Source: an uncultured Christensenella sp. (GTDB taxonomy: Bacteria > Bacillota > Clostridia > Christensenellales > UBA3700). Taken from it: a DNA stretch of 64,000 nucleotides. The notes beneath the pieces are model-generated. The model searched no databases and was not told the DNA's origin. It worked only from the letters and a program-made list of their open reading frames with translations. A program made the translations under genes and the position numbers. Positions 1 to 8,549 of the stretch are shown here, in pieces. The first letter of the stretch is position 1. Each line of letters starts with the position of its first letter. The stretch lies in NCBI GenBank assembly GCA_910583995.1, contig CAJTYW010000009.1:6418-70417 (forward strand), in the 5' to 3' direction.

Positions 1-2
1 AT

Positions 3-332
3 GGTGAAAAACTAAACTTTTATTTCCACGGAGCTTGTGCCGGCAAAAAAGTTGAACTTATAAACACAAATCCAAATGTTTGTGTGGAAGGAGACATTTT
101 TCACCGCTATTTAGATACCATAAAATCTGTTACTTGTTTGTATGAAAGTTTTATTGCTTATGGAAAATGCACTAAACTATCTGACGAAGATGCAATTTAT
201 GGGTTAAATCAAATATTAAAGCATTGCAATTATGCAAATCATTATTTTAATCCTGAAGTTTTGCCAATTTTAAATGTTTATAAAATAGAAATTAATAGCA
301 TAACCGCAAAACACAGAACAAAAAACAATTAA
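3..332 (+). CDS. pyridoxamine 5-phosphate oxidase family (NimA-like flavin-binding split-barrel) protein, C-terminal part; 5-prime end outside window
   Basis: Frame 3 is open from the window edge to TAA at 330-332. Translation GEKLNFYFHGACAGKKVELINTNPNVCV...SFIAYGKCTKLSDEDAIYGLNQILKH...VYKIEINSITAKHR resembles Pyridox_ox_2-type proteins. The track start at 84 is an internal GTG. Confidence 0.5.
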   Translation, partial: GEKLNFYFHGACAGKKVELINTNPNVCVEGDIFHRYLDTIKSVTCLYESFIAYGKCTKLSDEDAIYGLNQILKHCNYANHYFNPEVLPILNVYKIEINSITAKHRTKNN

Positions 333-388
333 TATTGTATTTATATATTTAATATAGATAAATTTTTAAATAACAATTACCTATTTAC

Positions 389-417
389 TTGACAATAGCA
401 TAAATATTGTATATACT
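389..417 (+). promoter_or_regulatory. sigma-A type promoter for tRNA-Arg
   Basis: TTGACA (389-394), 17-bp spacer, TATACT (412-417), about 20 bp upstream of the tRNA 5-prime end. Confidence 0.6.
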
Positions 418-438
418 TTTTAGGTAAACAGAATAAAT

Positions 439-515
439 GGACGATTAGCTCAGCTGGATAGAGCGTTGCGCTACGGACGCAAAGGTCAGGGGTTCGAATC
501 CCTTATCGTTCACCA
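439..515 (+). tRNA. tRNA-Arg (anticodon ACG), CCA encoded
   Basis: GGACGAT acceptor stem pairs with ATCGTTC. D-arm is GCTC/GAGC. Anticodon stem TTGCG/CGCAA carries loop CTACGGA (ACG). T-arm AGGGG-TTCGAAT-CCCTT, then discriminator A and CCA. Confidence 0.95.
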
Positions 516-549
516 AAAATACACATATCGCAGTGTATTTGTAACTTTT

Positions 550-578
550 AGGGAGCTAAAACGCTCCCTTTCGTCTTT
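550..578 (+). terminator. rho-independent terminator after tRNA-Arg
   Basis: AGGGAGC-taaaac-GCTCCCT hairpin followed by a T-rich tract (TTTCGTCTTT). Confidence 0.6.
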
Positions 579-601
579 AAAATTTACATTTCTTACTATT
601 A

Positions 602-634
602 TTTTGGCTGTTTTTAGCCAAAATAATTTTTTTT
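602..634 (+). terminator. second terminator-like hairpin
   Basis: TTTTGGCT/AGCCAAAA stem followed by TAATTTTTTTT. Confidence 0.45.
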
Positions 635-644
635 GTGCGTTTAT

Positions 645-680
645 AAGAGTCAAAACAAGAGTCAGAATGAGAGTCAAACT
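645..680 (+). repeat. three tandem 12-bp direct repeats (RAGAGTCARAAY)
   Basis: AAGAGTCAAAAC (645-656), AAGAGTCAGAAT (657-668), GAGAGTCAAACT (669-680), head to tail in a non-coding gap. Confidence 0.8.
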
Positions 681-1007
681 CCCTTGCCGTTCATATCATT
701 TATTAATGCGATATTTTTTTGCTGATATTTTATGAATTTGCAAAATTTTTGAGCAGGTTTAGCCTAAATTTTGCCAAAATATGACAAGATATTTTGCCTA
801 TTGCCATTTTTTGGTAATTATAGTTATAAAATAGTAATCATTATCACTTTTTACATAAATTTTTCTTTGCAATATCCAAAACATTTGATTTTGAATATTT
901 ATATGAATAATAATAACTGAAAGTTTTTTAGATTTCACAAAAGGTATCATTTTTAGTAAAATTTATCAAAAAACAGGCATAAAAACTTTACATAAATTTT
1001 TACTTAA

Positions 1008-1023
1008 AAACTATATCTTGTGG
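1008..1023 (+). promoter_or_regulatory. NrdR box 1
   Basis: AAACTATATCTTGTGG matches the 16-bp NrdR palindrome consensus acaCwAtATaTwGtgt at about 13 of 16 positions. Confidence 0.65.
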
Positions 1024-1050
1024 TCAAATTGGCAAAATCACAAAAAATGA

Positions 1051-1066
1051 CCACAATATATTGATT
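1051..1066 (+). promoter_or_regulatory. NrdR box 2
   Basis: CCACAATATATTGATT matches the NrdR consensus at about 13 of 16 positions. It lies 43 bp from box 1 (about four helical turns) and abuts the -35 of the nrdD promoter. Confidence 0.7.
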
Positions 1067-1073
1067 TTATCTC

Positions 1074-1102
1074 TTGACAAGTAATATAATTTGATGTATA
1101 CT
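1074..1102 (+). promoter_or_regulatory. sigma-A type promoter of nrdDG
   Basis: TTGACA (1074-1079), 17-bp spacer, TATACT (1097-1102). AAGGAG RBS precedes ATG 1144. Confidence 0.7.
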
Positions 1103-1143
1103 GAATGAGCAATGTTAGTATACAATAGAAAAGGAGAAATTTT

Positions 1144-3453
1144 ATGATTAAAAGCATTATTAAACGTGATGGCAGAAAAGTTCCATTCAATTTGCAAAAA
1201 ATTGCTGACGCTATTTTTAAAGCAGCAGCATCAGTAGGTGGTAGTGACCACGATACAGCTCTTGAGCTTGCAGTAGAAGCTTGTGAGTATTTGGAAAATC
1301 AAGGTAATGTGACTCCTACAGTAGAAGAAATCCAAAACGCAGTTGAAAAAACTTTGATTGAGAAAGGTCACGCTCAAACTGCAAAAAATTATATCTTGTA
1401 CAGAGCTAATCGTACAAGAGCAAGAGAAATGAAAACTTCTCTTATGGAAATCTATAAAGATTTGACATTTAAAGATGCTAAAGACAATGATATTAAAAGA
1501 GAGAATGCAAATATTGATGGCGACACTGCTATGGGTACAATGCTTAAATATGGTAGCGAAGGTGCTAAGCAATTTAACAAATTGTTTGTTCTTCGTCCTG
1601 AACACGCAAAAGCTCACGATGATGGCGACATTCACATTCACGATTTAGACTTTTTAACTTTAACAGAAACTTGCTGTCAAATTGATTTAATCAAATTGTT
1701 TAAAGGTGGTTTTTGTACAGGACACGGTTTCTTAAGAGAGCCAAATGACATAGCATCTTATTCAGCTTTGGCTGCAATTGCTATTCAATCTAACCAAAAT
1801 GACCAACACGGCGGACAAAGTATTCCTAACTTTGAGTACGCTATGGCAATTGGTGTTGCTAAATCTTACAAAAAAATATATAAGAAAAATTTGATTAAAG
1901 CTTTGGATATTTACGAAATTGAAAATCCAGAAGAAACAGCTGAAAAGTTAACTGCTGAGCTTAGCGAAAAAGGAATTGTTCCTGCTTTAGAGAAAGATGC
2001 TTATATGATAGAAGAAGCAAAAATGCTTGCGAAAATCGGTATTAATGATGAATTAATCAAGAAAATTCAAAAGTTTACTAAAAAATACTCTGAGCAAGAA
2101 ATTGACCGTGCAACATACCAAGCAATGGAAGCATTTGTACACAACTTGAACACAATGCACTCAAGAGCTGGTGCACAAATACCTTTTAGTAGTATTAACT
2201 ATGGTACAGATACAACTCCTGAAGGTAGACTTGTTATTAAAAACATTATGCTTGCTACAGATGCAGGTTTAGGTAATGGCGAAACTGCTATATTCCCTAT
2301 CCATATCTTTAAAGTTAAAGAAGGTATTAACTACAATAAACAAGACCCTAACTACGATTTATTTAAACTTGCAATAAAAGTATCTGCTAAGCGTTTGTTC
2401 CCTAACTTCTCATTTATTGATGCTCCATTTAACCTTCAATATTATAAAGAAGGCGACTACAGAACAGAAATTGCTTATATGGGTTGTCGTACAAGAGTTG
2501 CAGGTAACTGCTATGACAAGGATAGAGAAATTGTTACTCAAAGAGGTAACTTATCTTTCACATCTATCAACCTACCAAGACTTGGTATACTTGCAAAAGG
2601 CGATATAAACAAATTTTATGAAATGCTTGACGAAAAGTTGAATTTAGTTTCTGACCAATTGATGGATAGATACAAGATTCAAGCTAAAAAGAGAGTTAAA
2701 AACTATCCATTCCTAATGGGACAAGGCGTATGGCTAGATAGTGAAAAACTTGATTACGAAGACGAAATCGGCGAAATTTTGAAACACGGTACATTGTCTA
2801 TCGGATTTATCGGACTTGCAGAATGTTTGGTTGCTCTAACAGGCAAACACCACGGCGAAGACGAAAACAGCCGTAAGCTAGGTATGGAAATCATTAAACA
2901 TATGAGAGACTTTACTGACAGACTTTGTGAAGAAACTCATTTCAACTACTCTGTTATCGCAACTCCTGCAGAAGGCTTATCAGGTAGATTTGTAAGAATA
3001 GATGCTAAAAAATTCGGTAAAATCAAAGGTATTACAGACAGAGAATATTATACAAACTCTTTCCACGTACCTGTATACTACAACATTGGCGCTCTTGACA
3101 AAATTAAAATCGAAGCTCCTTACCACGCATTGACAAATGGTGGACATATCAGTTATATTGAACTAGACGGCGACCCACTAAAGAACTTAGATGCTTTTGA
3201 AGCTTGTGTTCGTTGTATGAAAGAAGCAGGTATTGGTTATGGTTCAATCAACCACCCTATCGATAGGGACCCTGTTTGCGGATATAATGGTATTATTGAT
3301 AATGTTTGTCCTAAGTGCGGAAGAAAAGAAGGCGACGGCAAACAAAACTTTGAAAGAATTCGTAGAATTACTGGTTACTTAGTTGGTACTGTTGACAGAT
3401 TTAACAATGCTAAACGTGCTGAAGTTAACGATAGAGTGAAACACAATGTGTAA
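1144..3453 (+). CDS. nrdD: anaerobic ribonucleoside-triphosphate reductase (class III)
   Basis: 769 aa. N-terminal ATP-cone (IIKRDGRKVPFNLQKI), C-terminal Cys cluster (CGYNG...CPKCG) and glycyl-radical motif RRITGYLVG. Confidence 0.97.
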   Translation: MIKSIIKRDGRKVPFNLQKIADAIFKAAASVGGSDHDTALELAVEACEYLENQGNVTPTVEEIQNAVEKTLIEKGHAQTAKNYILYRANRTRAREMKTSLMEIYKDLTFKDAKDNDIKRENANIDGDTAMGTMLKYGSEGAKQFNKLFVLRPEHAKAHDDGDIHIHDLDFLTLTETCCQIDLIKLFKGGFCTGHGFLREPNDIASYSALAAIAIQSNQNDQHGGQSIPNFEYAMAIGVAKSYKKIYKKNLIKALDIYEIENPEETAEKLTAELSEKGIVPALEKDAYMIEEAKMLAKIGINDELIKKIQKFTKKYSEQEIDRATYQAMEAFVHNLNTMHSRAGAQIPFSSINYGTDTTPEGRLVIKNIMLATDAGLGNGETAIFPIHIFKVKEGINYNKQDPNYDLFKLAIKVSAKRLFPNFSFIDAPFNLQYYKEGDYRTEIAYMGCRTRVAGNCYDKDREIVTQRGNLSFTSINLPRLGILAKGDINKFYEMLDEKLNLVSDQLMDRYKIQAKKRVKNYPFLMGQGVWLDSEKLDYEDEIGEILKHGTLSIGFIGLAECLVALTGKHHGEDENSRKLGMEIIKHMRDFTDRLCEETHFNYSVIATPAEGLSGRFVRIDAKKFGKIKGITDREYYTNSFHVPVYYNIGALDKIKIEAPYHALTNGGHISYIELDGDPLKNLDAFEACVRCMKEAGIGYGSINHPIDRDPVCGYNGIIDNVCPKCGRKEGDGKQNFERIRRITGYLVGTVDRFNNAKRAEVNDRVKHNV

Positions 3454-3934
3454 TTTAAGAATTGCAGGCTTAGTAAATGATTCAATTGTTGACGGCCCGG
3501 GTATGAGACTTACAGTTTTTTGCCAAGGCTGTCCACATAACTGCAAAGAGTGTCACAATGCACACACTCACGATTTTAAAGGCGGTTATGAAATTGATAT
3601 TGATGAAATAATTACTAAAGCTAAAAAAAATAAACTGCTTAGCGGAATAACTTTTAGCGGTGGCGAACCTATGTGTCAACCAAAAGCTTTTCTTGCTCTT
3701 GCAAAAAGAATAAAGGCGGAAACAGACCTTAATATAATTTGTTACAGCGGCTATACACTTGAAGAATTGCAACAAATGAACAATCCCGACATAAACGAAT
3801 TGCTTGATACTTGTGACTGGCTTATTGACGGAAGATTTGTTGTGGAATTGAAAGATTTGACACTTCCCTTCCGTGGCAGCTCAAATCAGCGTATTATCGA
3901 ATTAAAAAATAATACTATTGATTGGACAAGATAA
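3446..3934 (+). CDS. nrdG: anaerobic ribonucleotide reductase activating protein (radical SAM)
   Basis: 162 aa with cluster motif CQGCPHNCKECHN and GGEP. The start overlaps the nrdD stop (ATGTGTAA). Confidence 0.95.
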   Translation: MCNLRIAGLVNDSIVDGPGMRLTVFCQGCPHNCKECHNAHTHDFKGGYEIDIDEIITKAKKNKLLSGITFSGGEPMCQPKAFLALAKRIKAETDLNIICYSGYTLEELQQMNNPDINELLDTCDWLIDGRFVVELKDLTLPFRGSSNQRIIELKNNTIDWTR

Positions 3935-3946
3935 TTAATTTAACAT

Positions 3947-3979
3947 AAAAAGGAGTTTGAAATTCAAACTCCTTTTTTA
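3947..3979. terminator. bidirectional rho-independent terminator (nrdG and convergent lipoprotein gene)
   Basis: AAAAGGAGTTTGA-aat-TCAAACTCCTTTTTT; A-run and T-run flank a 10-bp stem. Confidence 0.85.
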
Positions 3980-4024
3980 TTTATGTTTTATTTACTAGTT
4001 GATATTTTTTACAAAGCGTTATTT

Positions 4025-5902
4025 TTAAAGCACATTGCCTGCTTTATCAAGAGTTCCGTCAGAACATTTTATAACATAACTGCCTGTTGTATAATTCCAA
4101 TACTCACCTTTGTCAATTGCATTCCATTGTGCCATAGTGCCTTTAAATTCAATTGTCTTTAACTGAGTGCAGTTTGCAAAAGCTCCTGCTCCGATTTTTA
4201 CTATATCCGCATAAAGTGTTATCTTTTCAAGCTTTTCATTGCCTGCAAACAAGTTTTCGCCAAGCTCGGTTATGTTGTACATAGCACTATTGTAATTAGT
4301 TGTTTGTGAAATAGTTATCTCTGTATTAGAGTATACCATTTCTTGATAAATCACACTTGCAGTAAGAGTTGTCGGGTCAAGAATATAAGCAACAACGCCA
4401 TCATTTTCTAATATAATTCTGCCGTCTTCTAGAGTATTACTACTTCCGCAATTCCAAATTACAGGGCGTCTAGTATCATTCCAATCTTGATTCCAGCCTT
4501 GTGGTTTGCTACTTGCTTCGCATCTAATAATCAATTTTAAGCAACCGCTGAACACATAAGCACCTAGTCTTTCCACATTTTGCGGTATTACAATTTTACT
4601 TATTTTACTGCAACCTTGCAATGCTCCTGCACCTATATAAGTAATAGTTTTTGGGATTTCAAATTCATTTAAATTTATACATTCTGCAAAAGCACAATTA
4701 CCTATTTTTTCAGTTGGAACAGCAATTTCATCAGAACTATTACGACGCCAATATATTTCGCTCAAATTACTGCAACCATAAAACGCATAATCGCCTATCT
4801 CTTCAATATATCTATTGATATCAATTGCAGTTATTATATCATTTCTGTAAAAAGCATAGTTATCTATTTTTGTTACATTGTAAGTAGTTCCGTTATATTT
4901 TACAGCTGGTTTTAAATCGATATCGTCATTTGTTTGTGGTTGTTTTGCAATAATAGCGTGGTCACCTTTAACGCCATATTTTACAATGTTGCTTTTCTCT
5001 TTTGTATTTACATTCTCATCATACTCTACAAAATAGATATATCCATCGTCTGCTATATCATTGTTATCACAATCTAAAACTACAGGGAATCTGCTATTGC
5101 TATTTATTTGCCAATCATTAGTCCAACCGCTTTTAATTGATTTATCTTGCACCTTGATAGTGATACCATAGCATTCTTCAAACACCTGTTCTTCTATTAC
5201 CATTACGCTTGATGGTATTGTAATTTCAGCAAGTCCTTTGCAACCATAAAAAGCTCTTGTTTCAATTGTAACAATTGATTTAGGAATATATACGCTAAGC
5301 AATGATACATTTGCGTAAAAAGCATTTTTAGCAATTATTGTTACAGGTTTTTTATCATAGTATTCTGCAATTACGACATCTTTAAGTGTCCCATCAAAAT
5401 TACTATCAATACCTAGCAATTTATAAGACTTTCCGTCACTATTAAGCTCGTAAGCAAGTCCTTTACTACCTTCCTTGTAACTGCAGAATGTACATTCGCC
5501 ATCTACAAATGTATGAGTGATTTCGTCTCTGTTAACTCCGCAATCAATATCACAATCATACCAGTGAGTTTCATTATGGTAAGATATTTTATGGATATGT
5601 TTAGCACCACAGCCTGTGCAAACAAGATTGTCGTCAAAAGTATGAGCTACTTTGCTTGTAGCGTAACCACAAACGGAACATAAATTCCAATGATAATCTT
5701 CGTCATTTTGGATTTTAAAGCTGTGGTTATCGTAATCACCTTTTTCCTTACAGCCTTTCTTTTCGCACTCGTGCCAATGGTGAGTTGCATCAGTTTGCCA
5801 TTCATCTTTCCAATTATGTGTATGCTTGCAAGCCACCAAATTGGTTGTCATAGCAAGCACTAATATAATAACACTAAAAATTATTAGTAGTTTTCTTTTC
5901 AT
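4025..5902 (-). CDS. surface lipoprotein with N-terminal His/Cys-rich repeats and BspA-type leucine-rich repeats
   Basis: 625 aa. Signal peptide with lipobox NLVAC. Three HxW-C-C-H(T/S)F repeats, then repeated FxxCxxLxxIxIPxSVxxIxxxAF units typical of LRR_5/BspA proteins. Confidence 0.85.
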   Translation of the reverse strand: MKRKLLIIFSVIILVLAMTTNLVACKHTHNWKDEWQTDATHHWHECEKKGCKEKGDYDNHSFKIQNDEDYHWNLCSVCGYATSKVAHTFDDNLVCTGCGAKHIHKISYHNETHWYDCDIDCGVNRDEITHTFVDGECTFCSYKEGSKGLAYELNSDGKSYKLLGIDSNFDGTLKDVVIAEYYDKKPVTIIAKNAFYANVSLLSVYIPKSIVTIETRAFYGCKGLAEITIPSSVMVIEEQVFEECYGITIKVQDKSIKSGWTNDWQINSNSRFPVVLDCDNNDIADDGYIYFVEYDENVNTKEKSNIVKYGVKGDHAIIAKQPQTNDDIDLKPAVKYNGTTYNVTKIDNYAFYRNDIITAIDINRYIEEIGDYAFYGCSNLSEIYWRRNSSDEIAVPTEKIGNCAFAECINLNEFEIPKTITYIGAGALQGCSKISKIVIPQNVERLGAYVFSGCLKLIIRCEASSKPQGWNQDWNDTRRPVIWNCGSSNTLEDGRIILENDGVVAYILDPTTLTASVIYQEMVYSNTEITISQTTNYNSAMYNITELGENLFAGNEKLEKITLYADIVKIGAGAFANCTQLKTIEFKGTMAQWNAIDKGEYWNYTTGSYVIKCSDGTLDKAGNVL

Positions 5903-6002
5903 ATATCCCCTCTAATAGATAAGTACATTTTACATTTTTATTTTAACATATATTAATTAATAAGTCAATTTTTAAAAATAAAATATAACCATATACTGGC
6001 AT

Positions 6003-6037
6003 AAAAAAAGAATATATGCCTAAATTGGCATATATTC
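6003..6037 (-). terminator. rho-independent terminator of the MMPL gene
   Basis: On the minus strand, GAATATATGCC-aattt-AGGCATATATTC followed by TTTTTTT. Confidence 0.8.
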
Positions 6038-6054
6038 CTAATTTTTTTAGTATT

Positions 6055-8334
6055 TTAATCGCTATTTTGAATGCTTAGGTCTTGTGTTTCATCTGCCTGC
6101 TCAACACTTCCTAATTGGTCGTTTGACACTAAATTATTATCTTCTGAAGTCTCAAGTTGTATCTTTTTATTTTTCTTAAGTATCAATTTAATAGCGATTT
6201 TCGATTTAATTTTGCTAAAAATGTCGTTATTATTTGGCGGCTTTCGTGTTATTGCAATAAGCAATGCAGGAAGAACAAACAATATAAGCACGGCACTTAT
6301 AATTGCACCCCTACCGATAAGCAAGGTAACTTGACCGATAATAGCATTTGTGGTTATTGCACAAACTGCTAAGCACAAAGCACCAAGTATTGTTGCAGAT
6401 GTTATGATTGACAAAGTGCTATCTTTTGTCGCCTTTAAGCAAGCTTGTTTTACAGGCATTGTTGCCATATTGCGCTTAAATTTAGTAGCAAGCAAAATTG
6501 CATAATCTACCGTTGCACCCATTTGAACGCTACTTATTATAATGTACGCCATAAAGTTAACTGGCGTTTGAATAATAAAGTTTAGGGCAAGATTTATAAA
6601 TATACCAAACTCCACAACACCCATAAGTGCTAAAGAGTATTTTGCACTTCTAATTGAAAACATTAATATTAAGAATATTATAACCGCACTTATAGCTGAA
6701 ACCAAAGCAAAGTCTTTTGGGGTAACTACAGACAAATCATTTACCGCCTGTGCCATACCAGTAATGTAATAATTATCTCCAAAATATTTGCCAAGCGTAT
6801 CTCTGACATTTTGCAGCAAAACACCTTCTTCCGCCGATTCAGACTCTGTATTTATCATTAATGTATAAAGCACATAACCATTGTTTGCATAAGCCTTTAA
6901 TGGCGAATTTTCTACATACGCAAGCAATCTTATTGCTTGAGACAAAGTATCCACCATTTCTTCAGGTGCTAATGAGTATATACTGCTTACAACATTAACA
7001 TTTTCTATTTTCTTAACATCTTCAATAAAAGCAAGATGGGTTTTTCCATTAGCGTTAGGGGCACAAATCAATATACTGTTACCCATTACTTCGACAACTT
7101 GTTGCACTTCGGTAAACTCAGACTTATCTTTTTCCATTTTCATATAGGAATAAGATATGCTAAGCCCGCAATAAATCATTGGCACAAGTGCTATTAAAGC
7201 AATTGCAAGCATAGGCTTTCTTCCCTTTATGGCAACTTCCGCCGATTTTTGGAATTTAGGCAAATGCACAGGGTGTTCCAGTTTTGCGGTTGTTTTGCTT
7301 GTAAACAAAATAAGGCAAGGTTGCAATAACAAAACGGTAAGCATAGACATTAAAACGCCTTTTGCAAGCACAATACCCAAATCCGCACCAATACCAAACT
7401 GCATAAACATTAATGCTATAAACCCGCCGACAGTAGTAAGTGCAGATGCACAAACGGTGGATAATGTTTTTGGAATAGCTCTTATCATAGCAGTTCTGTC
7501 ATCAAAACATTTACGCCGCTCGTCCCTGAATGCGTGCATAAGGAATATCGAATAGTCCATTGATAACGCAAGCTGCAAGATTGCCGATGTCGCAAATGTT
7601 ATAACAGAAACATCTTTTAGTATTATGTTTGTACCCATATTCAAAAAGACACTTATTGCTAAAGTTGTAAGCAAAATAACCGGCTCAAAATAGCTTGAAG
7701 TAGTTAACACCAATACCAAAATAGCTATCAAACAAGCAACTATCAAAAAATATGGCATTTCTTTAACAACTGTACCTAACAAGTTTGTTGATATTTCCGC
7801 ACTGCCACCGACTGCATATTCCAAACCATAATCTTCAATTATCTTTTTTGTTTGTTTTAAAACATTGCTTGCTTCGTTAGTACTTGATGCTACTGACATT
7901 TGCACCATTATTGTATAAATGTCATCTTTAGGGCAAAACAACTTTTTGACATCGGGATTGTTTTTAATTTGCTCAATTAATTCTTCTGCATCTATACCAC
8001 CTATATTACCTATATCGCCAAAAGAATCCAATGTGCCATACCAAGTTATGCCGTTTTCTCTCACGCCGTCCAACGCCTGCATCTTTTTAGTAATTTCCGT
8101 CATTTGCCCTTCGCTTGCACCTTTAACGGCAACAATGGCATCACTTTCCATATCAAACAATTCTTTTAGTTTTGCATAACCTACCGATGTTGTCATATCT
8201 TCAGGCAAATAGGATATAATGTCGGAATTTATAGGAACAAAAAACAAGCATATAATTGACGCTATTGTAATTACTAAAAATGCAATGCTGATTGCAAGTT
8301 TATGTTTTACAATAAATTTGGAAAACTTTTCCAT
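6055..8334 (-). CDS. MMPL/RND-superfamily membrane transporter
   Basis: 759 aa. Two blocks of about 6 hydrophobic helices are separated by soluble loops; the YdfJ/MmpL-like pattern includes SMDYSIFLMHAF and VDYAILL motifs. AAGGAGG RBS. Confidence 0.85.
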   Translation of the reverse strand: MEKFSKFIVKHKLAISIAFLVITIASIICLFFVPINSDIISYLPEDMTTSVGYAKLKELFDMESDAIVAVKGASEGQMTEITKKMQALDGVRENGITWYGTLDSFGDIGNIGGIDAEELIEQIKNNPDVKKLFCPKDDIYTIMVQMSVASSTNEASNVLKQTKKIIEDYGLEYAVGGSAEISTNLLGTVVKEMPYFLIVACLIAILVLVLTTSSYFEPVILLTTLAISVFLNMGTNIILKDVSVITFATSAILQLALSMDYSIFLMHAFRDERRKCFDDRTAMIRAIPKTLSTVCASALTTVGGFIALMFMQFGIGADLGIVLAKGVLMSMLTVLLLQPCLILFTSKTTAKLEHPVHLPKFQKSAEVAIKGRKPMLAIALIALVPMIYCGLSISYSYMKMEKDKSEFTEVQQVVEVMGNSILICAPNANGKTHLAFIEDVKKIENVNVVSSIYSLAPEEMVDTLSQAIRLLAYVENSPLKAYANNGYVLYTLMINTESESAEEGVLLQNVRDTLGKYFGDNYYITGMAQAVNDLSVVTPKDFALVSAISAVIIFLILMFSIRSAKYSLALMGVVEFGIFINLALNFIIQTPVNFMAYIIISSVQMGATVDYAILLATKFKRNMATMPVKQACLKATKDSTLSIITSATILGALCLAVCAITTNAIIGQVTLLIGRGAIISAVLILFVLPALLIAITRKPPNNNDIFSKIKSKIAIKLILKKNKKIQLETSEDNNLVSNDQLGSVEQADETQDLSIQNSD

Positions 8335-8549
8335 AAACGTTCCTCCTTATGCTTGTTTTTCGATTTATCCCCACAAAAATCGATACTAATATTTAGTTTT
8401 TCATTTTTGCACTAAAATTTTTAAAGTTTATACACTACAATGATTTTTTTAAATCATCATATTTTGCAATTTTTTGCTTTACTATTAATACACTAACTTA
8501 AAATTAATAGCAAGCAAAATTTGCGGTTATTATACGCCTTTAAAAAGAC

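Noticed and set aside
645-680. Possible CRISPR array or minisatellite
   Set aside because: There are only three contiguous 12-bp units with no spacers, and no cas genes in the window.
466-735. 89-aa ORF in the track
   Set aside because: It begins inside the tRNA-Arg gene and runs through two terminator hairpins and the 12-bp repeat array. It has no RBS and a low-complexity translation, so I treat it as spurious.
516-1143. Integrated mobile element next to tRNA-Arg
   Set aside because: I found no integrase or recombinase ORF, no direct repeat of the tRNA 3-prime end, and no cargo genes. The gap contains only terminators, a short repeat and the nrdD regulatory region.
1231-1641. Antisense and shadow ORFs of 60-140 aa throughout the track (for example 1231-1641, 8521-8865, 11030-11374, 32596-33015, 46434-46772, 59458-59793)
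   Set aside because: Each lies wholly inside a longer, family-recognisable gene on the opposite strand or in another frame. They have low-complexity or hydrophobic translations and no RBS.
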